DNA of 64,000 bases from NCBI GenBank assembly GCA_048885525.1, contig JBHLLP010000004.1, positions 1 through 64,000 on the forward strand, written 5' to 3'. Positions 29,349 through 38,805 of the stretch are shown piece by piece. The notes under the pieces are model-generated. The model searched no databases. It saw only the letters and a list, made by a program, of their open reading frames with translations, and was not told the origin of the DNA. A program made the position numbers and the translations under genes. Positions within the stretch are counted from its first letter, which is position 1; each line of letters begins with the position of its first letter. Origin of the DNA: Candidatus Hermodarchaeota archaeon (lineage in GTDB: Archaea > Asgardarchaeota > Lokiarchaeia > Sigyniarchaeales > SOKP01).

Positions 29349-30293
29349 TTATCTCATTGGAAATTGATATTTAAAAACAATATAAGCTCCTAAAATTCCA
29401 CCCAATTCAGGTAAGTAAAATAAAATAACATAAGGGTCGGTCCAAACATAAAAAATAACTGGAAATATCCTAAGTATAATTATAATCAATAAAAAACTTC
29501 TTCCATTCATTCTAAGTGGAAGGAAATACATAAGAGCAGTAATTTTTCTATTCATAATTGGAAAGAGTGAATAAGATAATAACCCCAATATTCCCCCCCA
29601 TGCTAAACCAATATAAATTGGAAGCGTAGACTCTAAAGGATAAATAGAAATTAATGATATTCTCAATAGAAAATAAAATAAAGCTGTGAATAAACAACTA
29701 ATTATATATAATTTCACTAAAAATTTTTTCCCAAAGCTAGTTTCGATATTTCTTGCCATAAAATATAGAATAAATAACATAATAAATAAGAAAAATAAAC
29801 TCAATAAATCACCAGAGCTAACAAAAAGACTAGTAAAAAAAGTATGATATGTGAATTTATATACTAATCCATGTAAACTCAAAGAAAAATATTCAGGGAT
29901 TCCATAAGATGCAAAAATTATAGAAACGATGGAGAAAATTATAATTGTAATAAATAAAATTTTTGTGCCTTGATATTGAGACCTCTTCTCATAAGATCTT
30001 TCATAACTTCTTAATGTTCTTTCTCTTTGCTTTTCTTGTCTTTTTAAATATCTTTTCAAATGTTTAGGCTCTTTATCTAAATAAGCGCGATAGGGTGATC
30101 TTCTTATCTCACTTTGTTCGTACTGTTTTTTAGATTCTTTCTGAGTAGTAGGAACAACTGGTACGTGTTTTAATTCAAATGTACACTCGTGATTTTCGGG
30201 TAAGCGATGTTTTTTACAATAAGTTCCTCCACAGTATTTACAAGTAAATGGTAAATAACTAATTTGATCACCACAAAATTCGCAATATGTCAG
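29349..30293 (-). CDS. AN1-type zinc finger + rhomboid-like membrane domain lacking catalytic residues
   Basis: Frame extends beyond the ORF-track start to CTG 30293: MTYCEFCGDQISYLPFTCKYCGGTYCKKHRLPENHEC; in-frame TGA at 30300-30302; GLAWGG replaces GxSG, PELGG replaces AHLGG. Confidence 0.8.
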   Translation of the reverse strand: MTYCEFCGDQISYLPFTCKYCGGTYCKKHRLPENHECTFELKHVPVVPTTQKESKKQYEQSEIRRSPYRAYLDKEPKHLKRYLKRQEKQRERTLRSYERSYEKRSQYQGTKILFITIIIFSIVSIIFASYGIPEYFSLSLHGLVYKFTYHTFFTSLFVSSGDLLSLFFLFIMLFILYFMARNIETSFGKKFLVKLYIISCLFTALFYFLLRISLISIYPLESTLPIYIGLAWGGILGLLSYSLFPIMNRKITALMYFLPLRMNGRSFLLIIIILRIFPVIFYVWTDPYVILFYLPELGGILGAYIVFKYQFPMR

Positions 30294-30494
30294 TTTAAGT
30301 CACCAAGCAAGCACTAAATTAAATTAAAAACTTCTATGAAGATTAAAAAGTATAATAATTTAAAATTATCATCCTTCATAATTTTTACTTTTTACAATTT
30401 CAATTCTAATCATCTAATCTCGTTCCAAGGATTTTGAAAAATAAAGAACTAAAAAACATATTAAGCCTTTATAAGTCCAGTCTCTCCTTCAATA

Positions 30495-31487
30495 TCATGT
30501 AATATAAGGATTATTGCTACCTGGAGCATAAATAATCATGTATGTTATTATTAAAAGCACTAATAATGATCCACAGAGCATTAAATAAATTTTTTTATTC
30601 CATTTCCAAATATTCTGTCCATCTAAAATTCCTATAGGAATCATATTAAATGTACCTAACATGAAATTTAAATTCGCAGCTAACCCAATTAGCATGTTAA
30701 GTGGATAAAATGGAATTATGAATGAGATTCCGAATAGCACAATACCATATATAAGATTAACTGTCGGACCTGCAGCTTTACACAAACCAGTAGTTCTATC
30801 AATTTTACTTAATCCTAAAACAACAACAGCTCCCGGTAGAGCTAATGATGGAAAACTTACTCCTCCTGAAAATAATGAATAAATGTTAAAAATAACTCCA
30901 ATAACTGTTAGGATCATTCCAAAAGTTAATAACCTAAATTTAGTTTGAAGTTCAAAATGTATTGCTACTTGTCTATGCCCTAATTCATGAAAAAGAAAGG
31001 CTGTAGCATAAAATCCCGCTAACATAAAAATTGCCCATTCTAATCCTGGATATGTTATCAAACTAGGATAGAACGTGAGTAAACCAATAATAAAAATCAA
31101 GGACACACCAAGTACAAAATGAAACAATTCTGATTTATGAGGTAATAAAATTCCCTTAAATTTAATACCCGAATCAGGATTAAACGCATCTACAGGTACT
31201 TGACTTTCTGATCGATACCAAGTATACGTTCCATCTGTAGTCCCTCGTATGATTCCTGGGGTGTCTGATTGCTGATATGTTTCTTCGTGAGACATATGAA
31301 TTACTTGAGGAGGTATATTATAGGTTTGGTTTGTTATTGACGATTCTTCTAATATTAAACTTTCTCTTATGATATTGCAATCATGATTGATTGGGTCCTC
31401 ATGTCTTGTACAATAAAAGTATTTGCAATCATTGCATTTAAAGGGGTCTCCAATTATTTCTTCACCACAATGAGCACAATTTGGCAT
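30495..31487 (-). CDS. AN1-type zinc finger + M50 site-2 intramembrane metalloprotease
   Basis: CAHC..PFKCNDCKYFYCTRH...HDC; FHELGH; AAGP..N; FNMIPIGILDG. Confidence 0.9.
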   Translation of the reverse strand: MPNCAHCGEEIIGDPFKCNDCKYFYCTRHEDPINHDCNIIRESLILEESSITNQTYNIPPQVIHMSHEETYQQSDTPGIIRGTTDGTYTWYRSESQVPVDAFNPDSGIKFKGILLPHKSELFHFVLGVSLIFIIGLLTFYPSLITYPGLEWAIFMLAGFYATAFLFHELGHRQVAIHFELQTKFRLLTFGMILTVIGVIFNIYSLFSGGVSFPSLALPGAVVVLGLSKIDRTTGLCKAAGPTVNLIYGIVLFGISFIIPFYPLNMLIGLAANLNFMLGTFNMIPIGILDGQNIWKWNKKIYLMLCGSLLVLLIITYMIIYAPGSNNPYIT

Positions 31488-31707
31488 AATTATTACCTAT
31501 GATGATTTATTAAATTTTTCAAAAGAATTGTTTCTTAATAAATTATAAAATTAAAGATTTAAATTTTTATTTAGAATTCTTTTTGTTTATAATTTGCTTA
31601 AAGACTTAAACTTTCTGTTGAAAGACTTATTAATGCTAAATTAAGTAAAATATATTAACCCGAATTACACTATTTATTTAAAGTTAAAGATTTCATAAGT
31701 GTGTAAT

Positions 31708-31869
31708 ATGAGTGAAGATAATGATGAAAATGATATGTCTTTGGATGAGGAGCGTAAGAAATTAAAAGAATTGGGGGTTGCTAGTACCTGGGGTATTTTA
31801 ACAACTGGAGAAAAGAAAAAAAAAACATCTGAAGACGAGGATAAACCAGTTTTTAGAGGATTCAAATAA
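31708..31869 (+). CDS. small charged hypothetical protein (53 aa), not in ORF track
   Basis: MSEDNDENDMSLDEERKKLKELGVASTWGILTTGEKKKKTSEDEDKPVFRGFK*; genome-typical codon use. Confidence 0.55.
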   Translation: MSEDNDENDMSLDEERKKLKELGVASTWGILTTGEKKKKTSEDEDKPVFRGFK

Positions 31870-32330
31870 TAAATTCAAAAAGTAATTATTATTTCTTATT
31901 TAGATAACTTAATTTCATTCATCTAGCAAATTTTACTTATAGAAATCTCTACTAATATGAGTGTATTAGATAAATTTACATACTTTTTCTTTCTAGTAAT
32001 AAGAAACAATATACTTCTTTTTAATGATTAATATTAATGAATTTAATAGTTTAATTGAACGATATATTAGTGAAAAAAGTTAATTAATGATGATTAGATA
32101 ATTTTCCTTTTAAAGAAATTCCTTCTCAGATAATTGGAAATACAGGATTAATTCTATGATTATAAGGCTATAGAAAATTAACTCTTTTACTTGAAAGAGA
32201 AACAAAACTGTTTGATAAGCCTGAAAATATAGGGAAAAAGGAATGATAAAACTTAATAGTTTCCAAAAAATAATTATAGTTCAATAAATAAGAATTAATT
32301 AATAACAAAAAATGTAGGGAATAGGATAAA

Positions 32331-32597
32331 ATGGGTCATAGGGTATATTGTCCTACATGTGAGCGAGTGGTAGAGCTTCGACGTAAGAATTTTGCCCATC
32401 AGTACCATGAGATCCTGTGTTTTACTGTAATCTTAACCTTAGGATTAGGTTTGATCATATATTTTATATTAAAATATAGCAAGAAACCAAATACATGTCC
32501 AAATTGTGAGTCTATTTTTGATTTAAAAAACCTTCCCTCACAAAATATAGATATTACTCGAAATTTGAAGGCAACAGATAGATTTACTTTACCATAA
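32331..32597 (+). CDS. LITAF-like zinc-ribbon membrane protein
   Basis: CPTC - hydrophobic stretch - CPNC. Confidence 0.65.
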   Translation: MGHRVYCPTCERVVELRRKNFAHQYHEILCFTVILTLGLGLIIYFILKYSKKPNTCPNCESIFDLKNLPSQNIDITRNLKATDRFTLP

Positions 32598-32850
32598 CTT
32601 TCATTTCTTTATTGCATCTTGGACATGTTTTATCATCACCAGTGAGTTGTCTTTTCATTATTGTTTTTTGATATTTGCATTTTGCATTTGGACAGATCAG
32701 AGTATATTTACTTAACTTTATTGGGTGTTTTCCATTAGCCTTATCTCCCTTATTTTCACTTTTAATTTGTTCTGCTTGATCGGATACGGATTTCTTTTTT
32801 CTTGACTTTTTTTTGATTTCATCTGACTTTAACCATTTGTCTAAACCCAT
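32584..32850 (-). CDS. small C-terminal zinc-ribbon protein
   Basis: MGLDKWL N-terminus; CPNAKC...CPRC. Confidence 0.7.
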   Translation of the reverse strand: MGLDKWLKSDEIKKKSRKKKSVSDQAEQIKSENKGDKANGKHPIKLSKYTLICPNAKCKYQKTIMKRQLTGDDKTCPRCNKEMKVMVK

Positions 32851-32989
32851 TCAATCTCACTTTAGAAAATTCTTGTTTTTGTTGATAAAACAGACAAAAT
32901 ATCAATAATAAAGTAATTGTTCCTTAAACTTAAAACCTAATAAATAAAAAATGAGAAAAAAATAAAAATTTGATTATCAGCACTTATGA

Positions 32990-34234
32990 CTAAAATACTT
33001 GAACCTCTCCCGCGATAAGTCTCTTTCTTAAATCGAAAAAACTTTCCTTACTTAGTTTTTCATTTGATACTTCCTCTGCGATTTTGCATACTGAATCAAA
33101 GTTCACATTATCAGCAGGAATTAATTCAATTGAATTTACCCATGGATCAGTTATTGGCCTTCCAATCTGAGACAATAATTTAACATGTGCTTCTATAATA
33201 TCTCCTTGTCCTCGTTTTACAATTTCTCTCGCGATCTCTGTCCCAAGAACGTTATAAAGCTTCCCTACATGATTGATTGGATTCTTCCCACATACAGCTT
33301 CTAAGCTCATTGTTCTACATGGAGTTATAAGACCGTTTGAACGGTTGCCACGTCCTACTTCTCCATCATCTCCGGCTTCAGCTGATGTGCCAGTAATGGT
33401 CAGATACATGATTCCCTTTTCGATATTATCAGCTACATTTACTTGGCATGTAACATCGCGTTCTGGGATAATATCTGCGGCTAGATCTAGAACAGCTTCT
33501 TTAATTTGATTTGTATAACTAACATATTCACTAGCATCGTTGATATATTTACTTATCATTGCCGCTGCAACAGTAATTCCAATTTCATTACCTATTCTTT
33601 CGGTCATAACTTTCACATCTTCTCCAGAAGCAGGGCATTTATCTTTAAATGCATCCGAGTTAATTAACTTTTCAGCTTCAAGAGTAATTCTTTCCACATC
33701 CGAATAAGGGGCATATCCAACACCAAAACTCGTATCATTCGCTAGTGGAACTTCTTCAGTATGGTGCGATTCATCAAATACTCCCGTCAAATCTATTGAA
33801 CCTGGTCGAACGGCATAATCAAATTGGATATCTTTATTTAAATCAAGGTTTCTAAAAATATCTGAAAGGATTTTACGCTGAGTTTCTATACATATAGTTG
33901 GGATTGGAATATATTCGAGTTTATTTGTACCATCTCCGCATTCTGTAAGTATCTGATTTATAGCTCTCCCAACAATTAGAAAATATTGTGGCTGAATAAT
34001 TTGGCCACCGCCATACTTTGGTTTTGCAGTACCTCCAACAAGAGCAGCCTTATCGACATTATGATGGTACACACGACCAAAATTATCAAGATAATAAAGA
34101 CATAAGGCTCTAGAGCAAGCATCAGCAACAGCATCACAAACAGTATCAGGATGTCCAATTCCTTTCCTTTCGCAGAGTTCTGGGAAATTACTTTTTTCAA
34201 TAGGCTTAAAATCCGCTAGACTCAATTTTAACAT
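32990..34234 (-). CDS. mat: archaeal-type S-adenosylmethionine synthetase
   Basis: [56 protein letters not shown]. Confidence 0.97.
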   Translation of the reverse strand: MLKLSLADFKPIEKSNFPELCERKGIGHPDTVCDAVADACSRALCLYYLDNFGRVYHHNVDKAALVGGTAKPKYGGGQIIQPQYFLIVGRAINQILTECGDGTNKLEYIPIPTICIETQRKILSDIFRNLDLNKDIQFDYAVRPGSIDLTGVFDESHHTEEVPLANDTSFGVGYAPYSDVERITLEAEKLINSDAFKDKCPASGEDVKVMTERIGNEIGITVAAAMISKYINDASEYVSYTNQIKEAVLDLAADIIPERDVTCQVNVADNIEKGIMYLTITGTSAEAGDDGEVGRGNRSNGLITPCRTMSLEAVCGKNPINHVGKLYNVLGTEIAREIVKRGQGDIIEAHVKLLSQIGRPITDPWVNSIELIPADNVNFDSVCKIAEEVSNEKLSKESFFDLRKRLIAGEVQVF

Positions 34235-34310
34235 TTCATTTAACCAACTTCTTAAATAAATAGTTCATTTAAATATGTTTTTAAATTAATTATCAGTTAA
34301 ATTCCTTATT

Positions 34311-34343
34311 AAATGGAAGATGCAGTTGTTGCACTTCATATTT
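34311..34343. promoter_or_regulatory. inverted repeat between divergent mat and HTH-CBS genes
   Basis: GAAG-A-TGCA-gttgt-TGCA-CTTC with AT-rich extension. Confidence 0.35.
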
Positions 34344-34409
34344 GATTATAAATAATAATATTTATAATATTTGTTATTATTAATATGCACATAAAGCATA
34401 AAAAAAATA

Positions 34410-34991
34410 TTGTTGTTCATGGAAATTTTACCATCTTTGACCGATATCAAGCGTTTACGTAAAAAATTAGACATTAACCAAAAAGATTTAGGAAATATAT
34501 TAAACATTCCGCAGTCTACTATTTCTAGAATTGAAAGCGGAACGATAGATCCACCATATTCTAAATATAAAAAAATATATGAATATCTCGAAAATGAACG
34601 GAAAATACGAGAAAAGTCGAAACGACATGCAGTAGATATAATGGTGCCGAATATAATATCTATTGAACGTAGCTCAACAATAAGAAATGCAATAGATTTA
34701 ATGAATAAACATGAAATCTCGCAATTACCCATAATCGAAAATAATCAGAACTTGGGTAGTATAACTTCAAAAAAAATACAGAAATACATAACAGATAATC
34801 CACAAATTATCAATATGGATATCTCTCTTATAAAAGAATTACCATTTCCCGAAATCGATAAAAATTGGAATGTAAAGGATATATCTGATCTGCTCTTAAA
34901 ATATCCTGCTGTTTTGGTAAGAGAAAATAACGAATATATTGGAATAATTACAGATTCTGATCTTCTTAGATTACCTAATAAAAATAAGTAA
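34410..34991 (+). CDS. XRE-HTH + CBS-pair transcriptional regulator
   Basis: LRKKLDINQKDL..IPQSTISRIESG.DP; tandem CBS (ISQLPI, GIITDSDLL). Confidence 0.9.
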   Translation: MLFMEILPSLTDIKRLRKKLDINQKDLGNILNIPQSTISRIESGTIDPPYSKYKKIYEYLENERKIREKSKRHAVDIMVPNIISIERSSTIRNAIDLMNKHEISQLPIIENNQNLGSITSKKIQKYITDNPQIINMDISLIKELPFPEIDKNWNVKDISDLLLKYPAVLVRENNEYIGIITDSDLLRLPNKNK

Positions 34992-35098
34992 ATTTCTTAT
35001 ATTTTTCAACTTTTCATGGTAAAAGTAATAAATTTGGAAATTAATATTGCTAAATAGAAAAAAGAATAATTTTTTAATACAATATAGTTTTTTAAAGA

Positions 35099-36106
35099 TT
35101 GGATTTAATGATTGAAAAGATACTTCAAGAGATTGACATTTTATTAAACAATGCTAATTACGAGACGTTAGCATTGGGTAATTTTGCAGTTAAGAAAAGT
35201 AAATTCTGTTTTGATCTTTTAGCTAAAAAAGATGATTTTGTATTTAGTGTAAAGGTTTTTCCAAATATTGATAATTTAAATCTTGAAGTTATTCGTGATA
35301 TTAAATCCTTATCAACAATTCTCAAATCAAAACCTTTACTAATTGGAATTAGGAATAGATATCAGAAGTTAGAAGATAATACAATTTATATAAGAGAAGA
35401 CTTACCATTTATTACACTTAATACACTTGAGAATATACTTAATAATAAATATCCGCACATCTTAGCAAGAAGAGGAGGTGGGGTAATATTTCTGGATGGA
35501 AATTTAATGAAAACGCTAAGAGAAGAACAAACTATAACTAGAAAAGAACTTTCTGAAAAAATAGGCGTAACCAAAAGAACTTTGTGTGCATATGAAAATG
35601 AATCTATGCGCCCTTCTGAGAAAATTGCTGAAAAAATATTAGAGACATTAGAAAATAAGGATCTTTTCAAGAAAATCAATATATTTGCATGGCCAATTAA
35701 AACTGATATCGAAAATAACGAGGAATTTGAAGAAAAGGAATTAAGCCAATTTGAGACTCATGTACAGGATATCATTAATAGTATCGGGCTTTCTTCTTAT
35801 TGGTATAAAAAAGGTTCTATCCCTTTCAAATTGTCTTTATATTCTACTTCAGATAAGAAAGAGTCAGAAGGATTTTATCCTCTCTTTTCTGGTATATCAG
35901 AAGAACAAGGAAAACTGAATGAAATGGATTTTAAGTGTTTAAAAAGATTCACAAATTTATTCCACAAAACCTCATTATTTATAATAAATAACGATATAAG
36001 AATTCCTGAAATATTTAAAAAAGATAAAATTCCTATTGTTAAAATTAAAAATTTAGAAAAAGTAGATGATGAAGAAGAGTTCATTGAACTCATCCATGAA
36101 TCCTAA
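35099..36106 (+). CDS. archaeal HTH transcriptional regulator (COG1395-like)
   Basis: CFDLLAKK, KVFPNIDN, ARRGG, central XRE HTH LSEKIGVTKRTLCAYE. Confidence 0.85.
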   Translation: MDLMIEKILQEIDILLNNANYETLALGNFAVKKSKFCFDLLAKKDDFVFSVKVFPNIDNLNLEVIRDIKSLSTILKSKPLLIGIRNRYQKLEDNTIYIREDLPFITLNTLENILNNKYPHILARRGGGVIFLDGNLMKTLREEQTITRKELSEKIGVTKRTLCAYENESMRPSEKIAEKILETLENKDLFKKINIFAWPIKTDIENNEEFEEKELSQFETHVQDIINSIGLSSYWYKKGSIPFKLSLYSTSDKKESEGFYPLFSGISEEQGKLNEMDFKCLKRFTNLFHKTSLFIINNDIRIPEIFKKDKIPIVKIKNLEKVDDEEEFIELIHES

Positions 36107-36812
36107 GGATAAAATAGATTTAATTTGTGGGATAGACGAGGCTGGTAGAATTTAATTCATTTCGAATTTCATGTTAAAAGGCTCTGTCTTAGGCCCTATG
36201 GTTTTATGCGGCATTTGCTTTATTGAATCAAATCTAAGTATTCTTTCTAGAATTGGGGTTAAAGATTCAAAAAAGTTATCACCGCAGAAGAGACGACAAT
36301 TCTCTGAGATTTTGAAAAAAAGTTGTCATTCCCATAAGATAGTTGAAATTAGTGCTCAAGAAATTGATGAGAGAGTAAACAATAAAATTACTATGAATCG
36401 GCTTGAGGAGTTAAAGATGGCTGAACTTATTAACGATTTAAGACCTGATATTATATATATAGATGCTGCTGATGTTAATGAAGAAAGATTTGGAATCTCT
36501 ATTAAGCGTTTATTGAATTATAAGCCAAAAGAAGTTATTTCTAAACATAAAGCGGATGATCTTTTTCCTATAGTTTCAGCAAGTTCTATTGTGGCTAAAG
36601 ATAAAAGAGATACACTAATTAACGAAATTCATAGCAAATATGGAAATTTTGGATCAGGATATCCTTCTGACATGAGAACTATCAAATTTCTAAGAGATTA
36701 TATAAATAAATATAAAAAACCACCAAAATTCGCAAGAAAATCATGGGATACAACCAAAAAAATTATAGAACAAGAACTATCTACAAAAAAAATAACTAAT
36801 TTTCTTAACTAA
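36096..36812 (+). CDS. rnhB: ribonuclease HII, join(36096..36148,36179..36812), 228 aa after removal of a 30-nt insert
   Basis: Exon 1 MNPKDKIDLICGIDEAGR + exon 2 GSVLGPMV..GVKDSKKL..IDAAD..HKAD..VSASSIVAK..GSGYPSD; C-terminal PIP-like KKITNFL. Confidence 0.9.
36149..36178 (+). other. putative BHB-type mRNA intron in rnhB
   Basis: AATTTAATTCATTTCGAATTTCATGTTAAA; contains in-frame TAA (36153-36155); removal restores DEAGRG; BHB fold at the junctions. Confidence 0.8.
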
Positions 36813-37503
36813 ATACTTTTTTTACTACTAATATTATATGATTGGCAGCATACTTATGAATATTTACTCTCTCTATAATATTGTATCCCGCTTTTTCAAG
36901 AATTGTTTTCTCTTTTTCATAAATATACTCAGATTTTTGAAGACTGTCAATTGATTGAGATTTAATTGCAATAATAAGTATACCATTATTCTTTAAGTAA
37001 TATGCACAATTCGATAAGGCGATTTCAGCTTGATTTGGCTGCGCTACATCTTGATAAATCAAATCTATTTCTGTAAAAATATATTTAGCATATTCCTCTG
37101 GAAATCGGGCATCTCCTAATATGGGAATAATATTTGTTCTTTCTGACGTATTTTGAATTAGTTGTCTCATACTTCTTTCTGCAAATTCTACCCCATAAAT
37201 GATTCCAGAATCTATAATATCTGATAAGTGAGAGATAGAAGTACCAGAAGATGCTCCTAAATATAGACATTTTAAATCTTCTGCTAAAAAATTAGTTATA
37301 GGGTTTTTTAAAATTAAAGCTGCTAATTTACTTCTAAATGGATCCCATTCTCTATACTCCAACCCCTTATAATTAATTAGTCTTTCACCATATATATTTT
37401 TTCCAATAACTGCATTCTTAGTATATAATTTTAATTTTTCTTGATAACCAGAAATAAACACATTGGAAAACTTCGGATGGTCTCTAATTTCTATTTTAGA
37501 CAT
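36805..37503 (-). CDS. flpA: fibrillarin-like rRNA/tRNA 2'-O-methyltransferase
   Basis: EYREWDPFRSKLAA, LYLGASSGTSISHLSD, NIIPILGDA, YQDVAQPNQAEI. Confidence 0.96.
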   Translation of the reverse strand: MSKIEIRDHPKFSNVFISGYQEKLKLYTKNAVIGKNIYGERLINYKGLEYREWDPFRSKLAALILKNPITNFLAEDLKCLYLGASSGTSISHLSDIIDSGIIYGVEFAERSMRQLIQNTSERTNIIPILGDARFPEEYAKYIFTEIDLIYQDVAQPNQAEIALSNCAYYLKNNGILIIAIKSQSIDSLQKSEYIYEKEKTILEKAGYNIIERVNIHKYAANHIILVVKKVFS

Positions 37504-37533
37504 CTTATAATTTTCTCTTTATCTTCTTTTTTT

Positions 37534-38727
37534 TTATGACATTCTTTTTTTACTCTTTCCTGATGTTGCCTTTTTAGGTGGACTAGGATACTTCTCTTCA
37601 ATTTCTTTTATTTTATCTTCGATATCTTTTTTTAATTTATCACCTATAAATTCTCCCTTAAAATTGTCCACCTTAGCAGCAACTCCAATTTTTCCTGCCA
37701 CAACTCTAGCTATCTTCCCTCTTGTCCATGGTGTTGCCGATCTAATCTGATTCCATTGAAAGATTAATCCATGTTTAGGTCTTTTTTCACCCGTCTTTAG
37801 AAAACGATATAATGCTTTTTCAGCACCTAATAATTGAATTCTAGAAGCAGGCATATAAGCTAATTTCTGTAAAGAACCCGCCTTTGCTATTAATTTAGCA
37901 CCTATCAATGGACCGATAAGATTATTAATATTTGGAGCAGCTCTTTCCATTAAATCTTCTAAATGATTTTCTAATTGTTGTCGATATTCATCTAAGGAAA
38001 TTATTTGGTGGGCATAATTTTGGATTATTGAAAGATCAAAATTAGCACCCATCGACTCTGAAGCGTACTTTTCCAACATCTTAATTTTACTTTCATTTAT
38101 AACTAAATTTGTTTTTAGATTTTCGAGAGTAAAATTCTCTCTCGAACCTAATATTGAGATTAATCTTGCTAAAGTTATGTTATCTTCAACAATTTTATCA
38201 GTCAACTCTGGGAAATGCAAACCATACCATTCTCTAAGGTGACTTGAAAATAAACTAATAGATTTCTTTATTACATCTAATACAGTAATAACCTGAGTAA
38301 TTATGTTATCTGTATGACCACTTGCTTTACTTATTTCTCTTCTTGTTAATTCGTCACTTACTCTCTTATATTGATTTAGAATTTCTTCTCTGGTTTTTTT
38401 TATTCCAATTCTTTTTAAATTATCTTCTAAATTTAAACGAAAATTTTTAATTTCTATGGAATTTCTCTGAAAAAATGTTTTATATCCCAACTTTTCTGAA
38501 GTTAGCGCTTCTAATTTTTTATTATCAAATAAGAATTCATTAAAACCAGAATTTTCTAATTGTAATAAAAAATTCTCAAATACTTTTTGAATAACATTAT
38601 TTGATAACGCATCATAAAATTCAAGAATTTTTTTGTAATCATCATCAAAATCAATGAAATTTAAGATGTTTCCAGTCTCATCAAATGCAAATATTCCAAT
38701 TAAAGTATCTGCTATGTAAGATTTCAT
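37534..38727 (-). CDS. nop5: C/D box sRNP protein Nop5 (Nop56/58)
   Basis: LREWYGLHFPEL, APN, PASRIQLLGAEKAL, PKHGLIFQ, RGKIAR. Confidence 0.96.
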   Translation of the reverse strand: MKSYIADTLIGIFAFDETGNILNFIDFDDDYKKILEFYDALSNNVIQKVFENFLLQLENSGFNEFLFDNKKLEALTSEKLGYKTFFQRNSIEIKNFRLNLEDNLKRIGIKKTREEILNQYKRVSDELTRREISKASGHTDNIITQVITVLDVIKKSISLFSSHLREWYGLHFPELTDKIVEDNITLARLISILGSRENFTLENLKTNLVINESKIKMLEKYASESMGANFDLSIIQNYAHQIISLDEYRQQLENHLEDLMERAAPNINNLIGPLIGAKLIAKAGSLQKLAYMPASRIQLLGAEKALYRFLKTGEKRPKHGLIFQWNQIRSATPWTRGKIARVVAGKIGVAAKVDNFKGEFIGDKLKKDIEDKIKEIEEKYPSPPKKATSGKSKKRMS

Positions 38728-38805
38728 TATGATTGGCTAATTTATACTTATTTTTCCTTCATTAATAATTATTATAAAACTATAATCATTATTGTCTTTT
38801 AAAAA

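Noticed and set aside
36171-36173. ORF-track ATG start for RNase HII
   Set aside because: It lies inside the 30-nt insert and would omit the catalytic D and E of DEAGRG, which are encoded in frame upstream
36150-36179. Stop-codon readthrough or simple pseudogene explanation for rnhB
   Set aside because: Readthrough would leave 10 extra residues within the active-site motif; the rest of the gene shows no decay and the insert folds as a BHB. Disfavoured, not formally excluded
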